Shown: in pieces, positions 1 through 10,781 of the stretch
Layout of the letters: each line of letters opens with the position of its first letter
How positions within the stretch are numbered: the first letter of the stretch is position 1
Origin: Amphiscolops sp. MND2022
Lineage: Eukaryota
Length of the DNA: 64,000 nt
Reading direction: 5' to 3'
Assembly: GCA_964187785.1 (NCBI GenBank)
Contig: OZ076409.1
Span: forward strand, 44,580,001 to 44,644,000
Made by a program: the position numbers and the translations under genes
Notes under the pieces: model-generated
Database searches by the model: none
The model's input: the letters and a program-made list of their open reading frames with translations, nothing else
What the model was told of the DNA's origin: nothing

Positions 1-172
1 CAGAATATGACAAAGATACCTCATTTCAGAATTTTTCATTTTTCTCCATGATAAGGGGTTGTTGACGTTACAGTTATAAGTAGACATTGAATATGTACAA
101 AACTAGATTCACATCCATAAAGTGAGTCTTGAAGAATATTAGTGTTAAATGAAGAAAACTACAACTTAGCTA

Positions 173-884
173 TTAGTTGTTTTTGGGAGACGCCAATTGA
201 AGAACATCGAGCAAAGTTCGTTCCAAAAACTGCCGAGTGTAGTGAAATTGGTCAGTCATGTCGACGCCCCTGGTACGCATCTTGTGCACGTTCAAAGATT
301 TGCACTTTTCGAGCTGTTTCTGCAAAACTTTATCGACCCTTTTCTTGTTCGAATTGGGAAGAAGTTGATTACGTCTCGCCAGACCAATCACTAGTTTGAC
401 ACCTTTAGTTCTGCAAACTCTGTTCCAGAGCATTAGTTTTTCCGTAAGGTCTTTAGGTGACAGTGTTGAAACACTATTGTTCCCTTAAACACATTGTTTC
501 CCAATCAACAATCTTTTTTTAATCGCAAAAAAACTCACTTTTGTTGCTACGGGGCAACAGGGTTAGGGTTAGGGTTAGGGTTAGGGTTAGGGTTAGGTTT
601 GAAAAAAAAACAAAAGAGTACAACTAACTTGGTGGCATTGTGAGCGAATTGTAGAGAATGTCGGGAAAGATAAAGACGAACTGACACTCTGGTCGAGAAA
701 GGGCTCGAAACAACAAAGAGTCAAGTGTAGGTTTTGAAAAGTTTCGTTTAGAAGAGGAGGAGGAGGAGTATTCATGTCGACCGCCACTTTCGGCGAGAAT
801 TTGGATATGTTTATAATGAGATGAATCCTTAATGATTCTAGAAAGATTTGAAGCACCAATAACAATCGCGTGCTTTTTTTCCAT
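173..884 (-). pseudogene. Possible SGNH/GDSL-like coding remnant in two pieces, interrupted by a TTAGGG-containing segment
   Basis: The upstream piece reads HAIVIGASNLSR (block I-like, GDS>GAS). The downstream piece reads DQFHYT (block V DxxH-like). Joining them needs a frameshift near 435-445. Confidence 0.3.
559..597 (+). repeat. Interstitial (TTAGGG)n, 5 full units plus partials
   Basis: agggTTAGGGTTAGGGTTAGGGTTAGGGTTAGGGTTAGG read directly. Confidence 0.95.
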
Positions 885-995
885 AAAACCTGAAAACAGA
901 TGATGTGTTATTTCATTGTCAGAGCAGAATAGTTTTGGTACTAGAACAAATCGTGCAAGTACAGACAAAAACAAAAAAACATGCAAATATTCATA

Positions 996-1339
996 TTAGA
1001 ACTGATTTTTGATACAAAAATACTTATGAGAGTTGTTTATGCGTTTTTGGAGGGCCTGGAGGATACCCACATCAAGGGTACCTTTCCTCCAGGCCTCCAC
1101 ACATGCGCGCAGGAGCCCGCGCTCGTGCTTTCTGATCGCCCAGAAGGCGAACAGATCGAGCACGGGCTCCATCGCCGTCCCATCGATGTAGGATTGGATT
1201 CCCTGCAGCAAAAAGGTAGTGGTTATTTTAACGAGTGTTTAACCTGAAGTTTCGAAAACAAAACTTAACGTACCTCGTGACGACAAATCATCAGCAAAGC
1301 GTCCCATGTCTCCGTCGATATTTCAGTGAGGCAGGAACC
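996..1339 (-). CDS. Possible spliced coding fragment of unknown function
   Basis: GC-richer segment. GSCLTEISTETWDALLMICRHE joins in phase 0 across a GT..AG intron (1273-1203) to GIQSYIDGTAMEPVLDLFAFW. No family recognised. Confidence 0.3.
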
Positions 1340-2475
1340 TCTACATTTTTTGTTAATTAACCCCCAAGAATAATGATCCAAAAGGTCCAGTTCTTGGAGA
1401 TTTAACATTTTGTTTAGGAATTGGTCTCAAGAATTGTTGCTGGTAACTTTTTGTTGCTGGTTGTTCAGTATTGTTGCTGGTGTTTAAATTTCTGAGCAAG
1501 GAATGAATTTTCCGTGCTCGTCAGGCTCAACCCACTAAGCACCTCCTCCGATTTTTTTGAGTTTCACTTTTATCTGGGAAACATCAAAGATTTTAACCCA
1601 GGCACAATTTCCATAATTAATCATTTGGAAACTCGGATAAACAACCATATTCACTTTTTAGGGCCCATAAGACCTCGATCAAAGGCTCGGCTATCTTTTG
1701 AACCTGCTTTCAAAGTGTTGCAGGGTCCACCTTTATTCCTTTGAAATTCAGAACCCACCAAATTTGAGTTTCCAAGTGATGAATCAAAGAAAAGACCGAC
1801 ACTCTGTTAATTGGCATTGTTTTTTTTCAGTTATAATTAACAAAAAAATGTTGCCTTCACAATTCCAAAACAAATTAGAAGGCATTTTGATTGCTTTTTT
1901 TCCAAAAATTTAGCATTTTTTCCCGAAATTTTCATGCTTTTCTCAGACATTTTAGGTCATTTTGTCTCTTTACAGAATGTGAAAATTCGGTGTAAAAAGA
2001 AGCTGGGATGATTTCCATATGCTTGCTGGAATAGTTAATGACTGTTTCCATTACGCAAATGAAGGCAATATCAGGGAAATTTGTTCCACAGCAATCACAC
2101 TTCTAAAGAAAGGTAATATAATCTAAGAGCACATTCATTTCAAAGTTGCTAGATTAAAAGAATTTTTATTGATTCCATTTCCTTTCATCCCATCTGCGTT
2201 CCATTTCCATTCCTAACAAACCACTCCTTCCATTTTTATTACTTTCCAGCACGCCAAGGTAAGGAACTTTCCTTTCATTGCCTGAAATACGAACAAAAAA
2301 TTATCGGGCCTGTATTTCATTTTCGGATTTTGTTCGGCTCTCGGTGATTTTTTTTGTTCGGATATGTCATGTTCGTATCGCAAATATTACGTAACGTTTC
2401 AGAAAGTTTTGTTGTCCATATTTGGTTACTCACTCAACCCCCCCCACATATAATGCCACGTACATCTACTACTAT

Positions 2476-2557
2476 TGTCTATTCTTGAGCCTCAATTTTA
2501 TGTAGTTGTAGAACAATTTGGGGCGGGAAATATCCCGCTGCTCAGAAGGCGTCTTGT
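2476..2557 (+). mobile_element. 3' end of a Helentron-like repeat (family 2)
   Basis: Closely similar to 19495-19575. The consensus ends in a CCCGCTG-ct-CAGCGGG hairpin followed by (C/G)TTGT(T). Confidence 0.5.
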
Positions 2558-2558
2558 A

Positions 2559-3042
2559 TTTTTAGTCGGCGCCTTTTCCCTCAAGGAAAAAAGCCCGACT
2601 ATTACAGTGGGAAGTTTTTTTGGTCGGCGCCTTTTCCTTCAAGGAAAAAAGCCCGACTATTACCGAGGGTAGTTTTTCGTCAGCGCCTTTTCCCTCAAGG
2701 AAAAAAGCCCGACTATTACAGTGGGTATTTTTTTTCATCCTACAAACTCACTCTGATTGGTCCACTTTCTTACAATTTTCACGAGTCATGAATTCTTGCT
2801 TGCGAAGTACTTTTACTTTTTCAAAAGCTTGCGAAGTATTTTTACATCATCTAAGAAATTCAACAGGGCCAAAGAGTACTCCCTTAGAGTATTTTCGGCT
2901 CTGTTAGACATTTTTCGAAAAAAAAAATCACCAAAGGATCCCCTTTCTCATCCCCAATTCACCAATACTTTGACATTTTGAAGTCCTTTTGCTATTTTTG
3001 AGCCTTAGATATGGCGCCGACTTGGGCTGGTCCCGGCTTGTT
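2559..3042 (+). mobile_element. Non-autonomous Helentron-like (HINE/DINE-1-type) element, family 1
   Basis: 5' TTTTTAGTCGGCGCC; 3' GGCGCCGACT (subterminal IR) followed by a GC hairpin and CTTGTT; three ~57-bp tandem units at 2564-2730; no TSD. Confidence 0.7.
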
Positions 3043-3413
3043 TTGATTTGAACTCTAAAGTTAAAAACTTTATAATGATCCAGTAAATTTTGGATTCATT
3101 GCAAAATAGTTCATTTTTAACATTGAGCCAACTACTTCTATCGAGCTTCTCAATCAAAAATCTGTCAACTATACGTGCGTACAAGTTTACAAACACTACT
3201 CGTGCATACAATTGAAGACATCTCACATCAATGCTTACGATAGTTTCTTAATGTTCTGGAAAATTTATTTGCTACAAAAAAGAGTTACAATTATTTGTTC
3301 TTGTAACAATGCAAGCAATCCTGTCGTCAGAAGTGATATACCTAAATGACATGAAAATGTTGACAAATAAACAAAATAGGTATCGGCGAGTTCTAAATTA
3401 CACTAAAAAGGCA

Positions 3414-3593
3414 TTAGAAAAGTCGCAAGTTTGTTTCAGAAATCGAGAGACGCCCATCTTTTTGGACCCTCAGTACGAGGCCGTTGAGAAACCTTTCGCT
3501 CGTAATCACACCGAGGATAGCTGAAGCACTATCATTGGACGATGTACCTTCCTCCACACACACTGTGCTGACTTGAACACGGAATCGTGACGA
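3414..3593 (-). CDS. HPGD-like SDR gene, last coding exon (SSRFRVQVSTVC...FLNGLVLRVQKDG...RLF*)
   Basis: ttttag acceptor, phase 0, 59 codons plus TAA. ASAILGVITSERFLNGLVLRV resembles the HPGD C-terminus [21 protein letters not shown]. Confidence 0.85.
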   Translation of the reverse strand, partial: SSRFRVQVSTVCVEEGTSSNDSASAILGVITSERFLNGLVLRVQKDGRLSISETNLRLF

Positions 3594-3832
3594 CTAAAAC
3601 ATCAAGCGTTTTTCTATAGCACAACCTTTTCATTAGCATTCATGGAAATTGAATGAAACTGTTTTCTCTCCGATTATAAACTTTACATTTTTTCTTTGAT
3701 TATATAAATTTCAGCCGCGATTGAGGTTTTTTAGAGATGCTCTTATTTATTTTTACATTTTAGTTCAATTTGTTCTTCATGGTATATGAAATCACAGACC
3801 TATGGCAAGATCAAAGGTATTTTGGAAATTAC

Positions 3833-3918
3833 CGGCATAGAAAATGTCTCTGTGAATCCAATCACAGCCGAGGAAGCTGCTTTAGAGTTGTCTTTTTCAT
3901 TAGCGTTGCAGACACTTC
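3833..3918 (-). CDS. HPGD-like SDR gene exon (GSVCNANEKDNSKAASSAVIGFTETFSMP)
   Basis: tttcag acceptor, gtaatt donor, phase 1 to 0. VIGFT aligns with IVGFT; the YxxxK position reads SKAAS. Confidence 0.85.
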
Positions 3919-4024
3919 CTGAAACGCTGTCAGATTGTACAAAAGTTGATGGAAGATGAGAGCAAAGTGCTCACACAGAAAATTGCATAAAAAGCAAAGT
4001 TTTTTGTGGTACAAATGAACTAAC

Positions 4025-4109
4025 CATCTGAGGCGGTGGTAAGAATCACGACAGAATTGTCTTTGCCCAAATCTTCATTCATCAGGTTTGCGCACAAGAT
4101 TTTACTGCT
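4025..4109 (-). CDS. HPGD-like SDR gene exon (SSKILCANLMNEDLGKDNSVVILTTASD)
   Basis: ttccag acceptor, gttagt donor, phase 0 to 1. Aligns with VSVISGTYLGLDYMSKQN...IIINMSS. Confidence 0.8.
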
Positions 4110-4574
4110 CTGGAATAATTTCTTTACATAAGTTTGTTTTGAAAATTTGGCTCAGCTATTATAAATAGAAGTTGCTAGAGGTTTTGAGATGCAAGTGCGC
4201 AAATTTTTCATTTGACGCTCATTTTGTATTTTCTAAGCTGTTTTGTTTTACCGATTCAGGAGGCGGTTTACAGTACGAAAGAAAATGAAACATTTGGTTG
4301 CAGCGAATCAAAGTAATTCGGTTCGCAATGGGAAATTTGACATTTTGTTTGAATTTTAGCCCAAAATGACACTTATTGTGTTGTTGGAGACACCATTTGA
4401 ATTTTCTAGACTCATTGTTTTGGCCCTTTTTTGTTTTCCAAAAGCAAATGCTTTGACATTACCATTTTCTAAGGTTTTTAAATGGCTTTGTACTTTCCTT
4501 TATTGCAATACTCGGTAGTGTTTTCTTAAAATCCGTTTGGTTCTTTTGGGGGCTTTAAGAATTTGAAGATCTTC

Positions 4575-5470
4575 TGTTGGCGCCAGTCAATTGCGAGATC
4601 AGAAACTCAAATTCGAACGTGACTGATGAAACTTACAACTCAAAAGACTTAGAAAATTTATCAAGATTTTAGATGGAAAAATACAAGTCTAAGCAAAAAT
4701 GACCCTATGTAAAAAAGGGCCACCCCCCCGTCCCGGTAAACCACTCATTCAATCACCTTGAAACTTGGCACACATATAGTGGTGGTGCTTCCCTAACTTT
4801 TCACTCTTAACAAGCTACCCCGTATCTCCCCTGGGTTCAGAGCTATTAACACCCAAAGAGACCTAGGTCGGACCCCATGAATTACCCAATTTTTGATGTA
4901 TCAATTATTATGTGATTTTCTCATGTGACCTTGAAGGAAATGTAACTCTGTTGAAATTAATGATATTTACATTGTGTAAACATACTTTCTAACCCACCTG
5001 ACCAACATGCCAAAACCACCACATTGTTTGTTTACTTAGCCAATAACTTCATTTTATGCTTTAAATGTCATTTATTTATACCACATATTTCATCTGATAT
5101 TTGATCTATATTTACTGTAGAATTGTAAACCACATGTATACCATTATAAGAGAGAGACTTTAACGACTGAATAGCTGTAGTCAAGTTGGGTCTTAGGACC
5201 ATTTCAATTCTCAATTCATTTCTTCACCTCTTTTCGACTTTTCGCCAAAGACTTAGGGCGACTAAGTTAGTTACTCTCAACTTGTGGAGAGTTGGACGCG
5301 TTAAGAGACAAGGAAGAAGTGCAATTCGGGATCATTGGATCCTACTAAGTCAAGATACAGTCCTTTTAATCTAAGAAGCAAGCAGTGTTCGGTAACGATC
5401 CGCAGTGCCGAGCACCGAATTCAGGGCGGCGTAAAGCTTGGTCAATTGAAGGGATCAAGCAGCCGTTACA
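4575..5470 (+). repeat. 5' LTR (896 bp)
   Basis: TGTTGGCGCC...AGCCGTTACA; about 5 substitutions versus the 3' LTR, counted by eye. Confidence 0.97.
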
Positions 5471-5472
5471 TT

Positions 5473-5489
5473 TGGTCCGCCGACCCGGA
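5473..5489 (+). promoter_or_regulatory. Primer-binding site, probably tRNA-Tyr
   Basis: TGGTCCGCCGACCCGGA starts 2 nt after the LTR and resembles the TGGTCCTTCGAGCCGGA PBS typical of BEL/Pao elements. Confidence 0.8.
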
Positions 5490-6364
5490 CATCATCAGTG
5501 GGCGGACATCACATTGGGCGGACATCAACAGTTGGAGTGGACATCAGTCTGGGTGGACACTACAAGAGGAACGTCGTCTTCATTGTGTGTGGATAGCATT
5601 CGCGGTGGAAGACACGTGAGCAGTTAGAGTCATCAAACGGGTGACACAGCATCTATCTGTTCAAGTAACACGAAGCTTGGAAAAAGCTTCCGTGCTGGTT
5701 TCATTGGCAAACCAGAGAGCTGGGAGGACAAGCCTAATCGTAGGGACCTTCCGAACCCAGAAGTGGCAACAGGTGATCCTGTTCGCACAGCAATCAAAAA
5801 GTATTGCAAGAGTTGTCGCATTGCATTCGAACGGTATCGCGACAAGTATCTGAGACAACTATTCACGACGAACGAGAACTGTGGAGACTGGGTCTACAGT
5901 TGGTGATTGGAACTCTGGGAAAGTGTACACTGGGGCTTTGGTATTGGACTATTGGGCGATTTGGAACTGGATTGGTTGTGTACTCTGGGAGTTGGGCTTT
6001 AGCAGCACTCTGGAGGCAAGTGTGCTTCAATTCCAGTTTGGGACGAGTTGTATCCTTGGGAAACGTATTCCTAATTGAAAGCAAAGGTTTGAACTAAGAC
6101 GTCGCTGCAAGCATATCCACCAAGTAAAGCAAAAGGATCGAGTCATTGGGCGAGATCCACCGAAACAATCAAATCCGTCAAAGAAGGCAAGCATAATTGA
6201 CATTTTGGGTTGATTCTTCAAGAATTGGCGATTGATTACTGGGTTGAGCAGTTGACACCTCAGATCTATCAAATTGCTGTTTTTGGGAAAAGTGACAAAG
6301 ACGTCAAGAAACTATTGTGTAGTCAAAAAACCCCCAGTTAAACGACAAACTGAAATCTGAACAA

Positions 6365-9358
6365 ATGAAAGCCAGAAAGAAAGAAATGCTCGAGGTGCAA
6401 CATCCTCGAATGACAAATGTATTTGATCAAAGAAACACAAATCAGAGTCAAGAACTGATGGACCTCAGATCAAGAGATTTGGAAAATGATTCCGACTGGT
6501 ACGTGTGGCGCTTTTATGTGGACGCCGTGGCCACCCAAGTTGGAAGACTACGGACTCTGATTAAAGAGTTGGATGACAAGCTGGACGAGCAAGGCGCTAT
6601 TCTTCGCAAAGAGGAATTGAACGATTGGGTTTTCGAATATCGCGAGAATAAACAAGCATTGTTGCATAACGTAGATCTTATGTTGGACCTTACAAATAAA
6701 GAAAAGCAAAGACAGCTCAGTCGAAGTGTGACTGAATGGAAAGAATTCTTTGCTGAGTTAGAAGCCAGCTGGGGCTATTGGTTCCCAGATGTAAAGACAT
6801 TGATGAAGGGTCCAAAAGATGAGACAGACAAAACGAAACTTCGCCAAGAGGCAAGTGGAACCTCCACAAATGCGGCAATGAGATGCACTCAAACGAGGAA
6901 GCTCAAGCAAAGTAGCTTCAACCCGACAAAATGCAATTGCTCATTGGAAGTAGCTAGTGAAATGAAATCACTGGCACAATCAAGCAGGGTAACTGAAGAG
7001 GAACGACGCGTTGTTGGAGCATCCAACCCCTCTGATGTGATTAAATCAATCTGGGATGTGAAAGTGTTACCCGAAAAAAGCAACAAAGGGTCAGTCAAAG
7101 CAACCTCAAAGAGCAACAGAACAACAGCTAGTTCTAAGTCATCAAATGCAAAACGAATACTTCTTCTAGAATTGGAAGCAATGAAGAAACAAGATGAAAT
7201 TGATGAGCAGTTAGCTGCAGCAAGACGCAAAGCCGAGATCCGAAAGAAACAAGAGGAGATGGACATGAGGATACTCGCAGAAGAATTAGAAATTGCTAAA
7301 CTCGAAGAAGAAGCCGCTAGAGCCAAACAAGTCTTAAAAAACGACATGGATTCAGCGCGAAATGAAATGCAGCTAAAACTGACACAATCACAGAAAGTGA
7401 CAAAGCAGTTGCAACCATGCAAAGTTCCGCAGGATTGCTATCGGACTTTCAAGGCAATCTCGAACTCAACAAAGCCTCTTACAGGAGCGGAACTGCGTGA
7501 GCAAAGCGCTCACTCTCGGAACAACATGAATGAAGTGGCGAACAAAGAGTCACACCTGAGAAACAACAAAGAAGCCTGTTTTGGGCGAACTGATTCAAAG
7601 AGTATTGTTGGATCACATTGGCGCTCGAACCATAGAAGCGTTGAAAGTAGTTCAATGATGACAACTGTGAAGCAAACTCAACTAAGGCAAACTTCGAGCA
7701 AAGAAAGTTCAAGTGGTCGTAATGAATCGCTGAAAAGAAAAGACGACGTTTTGGGCAAGCAAGAAGAAATGGTTTTGCTCAAAACTCTTGACTGGACAAC
7801 AAAAGGAAAGTGTACAGTGAAAAAATGGAAACCTGAGCAGATGAAGTGTTCAGACAAGTGTCTAAACCATGGAAAGTTGCAAGACAAAACTATCAAACGT
7901 GAAGCGCTTGAAGACTCAAATATGACAAATGTTGAAAGTGATGCAAACAAAGAAACCTCGAAGCGTCTCACAGCAGAATGGATGTGGAACAGGCCAGAAA
8001 CGTTCGTTGTAGACAATGGCTGGCAAGATTTCCGTTCAGGAACCCTCCTCGTAGATACTCAACAAGTCTTGGAAGAAGAGACTCACTTGGTCATGAGTGA
8101 GCACTTGATAGTGCAAACAGAAGAGACCTTGGATTACACAATGACTGAAACTATGAAAGAACATCGAAGCTTAGCCTTCGCATCAAACAATGAAACTTCG
8201 GAAGAAATGAGTGTGCAATTGGAACTGCTGCAAGAGATGGCAGAAGTTTCGACCGTACTACAGGACGTGCGACAGGGGAAACTATTCCAAGTGACAGTGT
8301 CCTATGACATTACTCTACTCTTTGAAGAAGGAAACAAATGTTATGAATTTGTCAAAAGTTATGACTTTGTGAATGAGCAACGATATACACTGCCAGAAGA
8401 CTTGAATGAAATCGTCATGTATCAAAAGCTATGCCACGTTGCAATGAAACATGAAAAACCCGCGAAAAGCAATGCTAAAACGGAAACACAAGTCGTGAAT
8501 GCAACCTTTGGAAAGAAAACGGATTTCGACTTCAAGGAAAGTCTTTTAGAAGAAGCTAACCTGAGTCATAGAAATGTATGGAACCATTGGATTGGTAATG
8601 GAAACTCAGGGATGGACGCAGTGTCACAGGCTAACGACATTGACAAAACACAATTGAGCAAAGGCCACCGCAAGCAACTGAAGAAAAGAATTTGGAAGAT
8701 TGAACATAACTGGAACCTGATTCATGGAATGGAGGAAGGAGCTCAGTTGAACATGAATGGAACACCACAAGATGACACACTTTGGCTACATGATTTGACA
8801 GACAACGTATCAGTGACAAGAACGCAAATGTGTTCTTTGAAAGTACCAGCAACAAGTTCGACCAATGGGTCTTGCAATGGGCCGGCTACACCATTCATGG
8901 CTATGGGGACTCAGCATGGGTCTTTTGGTAAATTGGAAGTTTCTGCTGATCTATCGGAGCCAGTTAGAAACCTAGATGAAAAGAAATTGAAGTTTTGTAG
9001 TGAGAGAAGCACAGTGAATCTCTACAAACAGAAGCGGAAGCAAAACTCCACGGCATTGCAGTTGTTTGGAGAAAACTCGGATGTAGCTACGAAAAACGAC
9101 GTGTCTGTAAGTAAAGAGCAAAATGCAGCACAGCGACTGAGTTCAGAACACAAATCCCCTCCTATTGGATGCAAAGAGAGCATTGAACACAAAAGAAAAA
9201 ACTCCAGTCGCTGTAATGTTGGAAATTCTCTTTATCTATTGATGATGATAATGGATGACTCAATAATCTCTTCCGAACGCCAAATTGAAAGCTTGAGTAT
9301 GGAACGATTAGAGAACGAACTCTCTTTAACCTATCTCCCCGCGGTCAGTCAACTTTGA
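6365..9358 (+). CDS. 997-aa ORF1 of the LTR element; gag-like N-terminal coiled coil, no canonical pol motifs
   Basis: Uninterrupted ORF. A Ser-rich stretch is followed by an E/K/R helical segment (LELEAMKKQDEIDEQLAAARRKAE). No D(T/S)G, YxDD, CCHC knuckles or integrase DDE seen. Confidence 0.8.
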   Translation: MKARKKEMLEVQHPRMTNVFDQRNTNQSQELMDLRSRDLENDSDWYVWRFYVDAVATQVGRLRTLIKELDDKLDEQGAILRKEELNDWVFEYRENKQALLHNVDLMLDLTNKEKQRQLSRSVTEWKEFFAELEASWGYWFPDVKTLMKGPKDETDKTKLRQEASGTSTNAAMRCTQTRKLKQSSFNPTKCNCSLEVASEMKSLAQSSRVTEEERRVVGASNPSDVIKSIWDVKVLPEKSNKGSVKATSKSNRTTASSKSSNAKRILLLELEAMKKQDEIDEQLAAARRKAEIRKKQEEMDMRILAEELEIAKLEEEAARAKQVLKNDMDSARNEMQLKLTQSQKVTKQLQPCKVPQDCYRTFKAISNSTKPLTGAELREQSAHSRNNMNEVANKESHLRNNKEACFGRTDSKSIVGSHWRSNHRSVESSSMMTTVKQTQLRQTSSKESSSGRNESLKRKDDVLGKQEEMVLLKTLDWTTKGKCTVKKWKPEQMKCSDKCLNHGKLQDKTIKREALEDSNMTNVESDANKETSKRLTAEWMWNRPETFVVDNGWQDFRSGTLLVDTQQVLEEETHLVMSEHLIVQTEETLDYTMTETMKEHRSLAFASNNETSEEMSVQLELLQEMAEVSTVLQDVRQGKLFQVTVSYDITLLFEEGNKCYEFVKSYDFVNEQRYTLPEDLNEIVMYQKLCHVAMKHEKPAKSNAKTETQVVNATFGKKTDFDFKESLLEEANLSHRNVWNHWIGNGNSGMDAVSQANDIDKTQLSKGHRKQLKKRIWKIEHNWNLIHGMEEGAQLNMNGTPQDDTLWLHDLTDNVSVTRTQMCSLKVPATSSTNGSCNGPATPFMAMGTQHGSFGKLEVSADLSEPVRNLDEKKLKFCSERSTVNLYKQKRKQNSTALQLFGENSDVATKNDVSVSKEQNAAQRLSSEHKSPPIGCKESIEHKRKNSSRCNVGNSLYLLMMIMDDSIISSERQIESLSMERLENELSLTYLPAVSQL

Positions 9359-9897
9359 TGAGGAAATATGTAGCAGAGCAAATCTTGGGAAACTGTATGG
9401 AGACATTTTCGACTCATCTGGAAATCTTTTCTTTGGATGTTGAAGTAATTATGGAAGTCGAGTTAAATGTACTGAAGCAATTTTGTATCATACCTGTTAA
9501 AGGTTCAAGAGAAAAAGAATTGGTTGAACACAAAAAATGTCGGACGTTGACGATCAAGTTTGGGATAATAGGGAAAACTATCACTTCAAATGAGAGAACA
9601 GTTTTTTGGAAATATTTTGTTTTATGTCAACTTGTCGACAACAACTGTATGGTCAGGGAAATGGATTATGGGCTGGAGAAGCATTGCAGTAGAGAAAGAA
9701 CACAGCAAACAACTGGCAAACATGACTACGGTACAGAATTTCTCAGAAAGACAACGATGACTGATGACAATCTCAGACCACCAGTAGTGAGACTGGCACC
9801 CATGTTCTATGAAAGTGTTTTTCGGGAGAAAAACAAGGCCGGCAATGTTGGCGCCAGTCAATTGCGAGATCAGAAACTCAAATTCGAACGTGACTGA
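9358..9897 (+). CDS. ORF2 of the LTR element with a BEL pol C-terminal tail
   Basis: The ATG overlaps the ORF1 stop (TGATG, 9356-9360). The ORF ends LRPPVVRLAPMFYESVFREKNKAGNVGAS... and stops 52 nt inside the 3' LTR. Confidence 0.65.
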   Translation: MRKYVAEQILGNCMETFSTHLEIFSLDVEVIMEVELNVLKQFCIIPVKGSREKELVEHKKCRTLTIKFGIIGKTITSNERTVFWKYFVLCQLVDNNCMVREMDYGLEKHCSRERTQQTTGKHDYGTEFLRKTTMTDDNLRPPVVRLAPMFYESVFREKNKAGNVGASQLRDQKLKFERD

Positions 9898-10741
9898 TGA
9901 AACTTACAACTCAAAAGACTTAGTAAATTTATCAAGATTTTAGATGGAAAAATACAAGTCTAAGCAAAAATGACCCTATGTAAAAAAGGGCCACCCCCCC
10001 GTCCCGGTAAACCACTCATTCAATCACCTTGAAACTTGGCACACATATAGTGGTGGTGCTTCCCTAACTTTTCACTCTTGACAAGCTACCCCGTATCTCC
10101 CCTGGGTTCAGAGCTATTAACACCCAAAGAGACCTAGGTCGGACCCCATGAATTACCCAATTTTTGATGTATCAATTATTATGTGATTTTCTCATGTGAC
10201 CTTGAAGGAAATGTAACTCTGTTGAAATTAATGATATTTACATTGTGTAAACATACTTTCTAACCCACCTGACCAACATGCCAAAACCACCACATTGTTT
10301 GTTTACTTAGCCAATAACTTCATTTTATGCTTTAAATGTCATTTATTTATACCACATATTTCATCTGATATTTGTTCTATATTTACTGTAGAATTGTAAA
10401 CCACATGTATACCATTATAAGAGAGAGATTTTAACGACTGAATAGCTGTAGTCAAGTTGGGTCTTAGGACCATTTCAATTCTCAATTCATTTCTTCACCT
10501 CTTTTCGACTTTTCGCCAAAGACTTAGGGCGACTAAGTTAGTTACTCTCAACTTGTGGAGAGTTGGACGCGTTAAGAGACAAGGAAGAAGTGCAATTCGG
10601 GATCATTGGATCCTACTAAGTCAAGATACAGTCCTTTTAATCTAAGAAGCAAGCAGTGTTCGGTAACGATCCGCAGTGCCGAGCACCGAATTCAGGGCGG
10701 CGTAAAGTTTGGTCAATTGAAGGGATCAAGCAGCCGTTACA
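9846..10741 (+). repeat. 3' LTR (896 bp)
   Basis: Direct repeat of 4575-5470, preceded by purine-rich AAAAACAAGGCCGGCAA. Confidence 0.97.
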
Positions 10742-10781
10742 TCTTCGGTATTACTTCAAAAATATCAGCCAGAAAACGTAC

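Larger units (their letters stand above)
4575..10741 (+). mobile_element. Young BEL/Pao-type LTR retrotransposon, apparently non-autonomous
   Basis: Two 896-bp TG...CA LTRs; 5-bp TSD TCTTC (4570-4574 and 10742-10746); PBS TGGTCCGCCGACCCGGA; ORF2 ends in a BEL-type RPPVVRLAP tail that runs into the 3' LTR. Confidence 0.95.

Noticed and set aside
559..597. Chromosome end (telomere)
   Set aside because: Only ~6 units, with unique sequence on both sides
5186..5374. 62-aa protein in both LTRs
   Set aside because: TTG start; identity between copies only reflects LTR duplication
6889..8855. Minus-strand ORFs within BEL ORF1
   Set aside because: Antisense shadows of the long plus-strand ORF with no motifs
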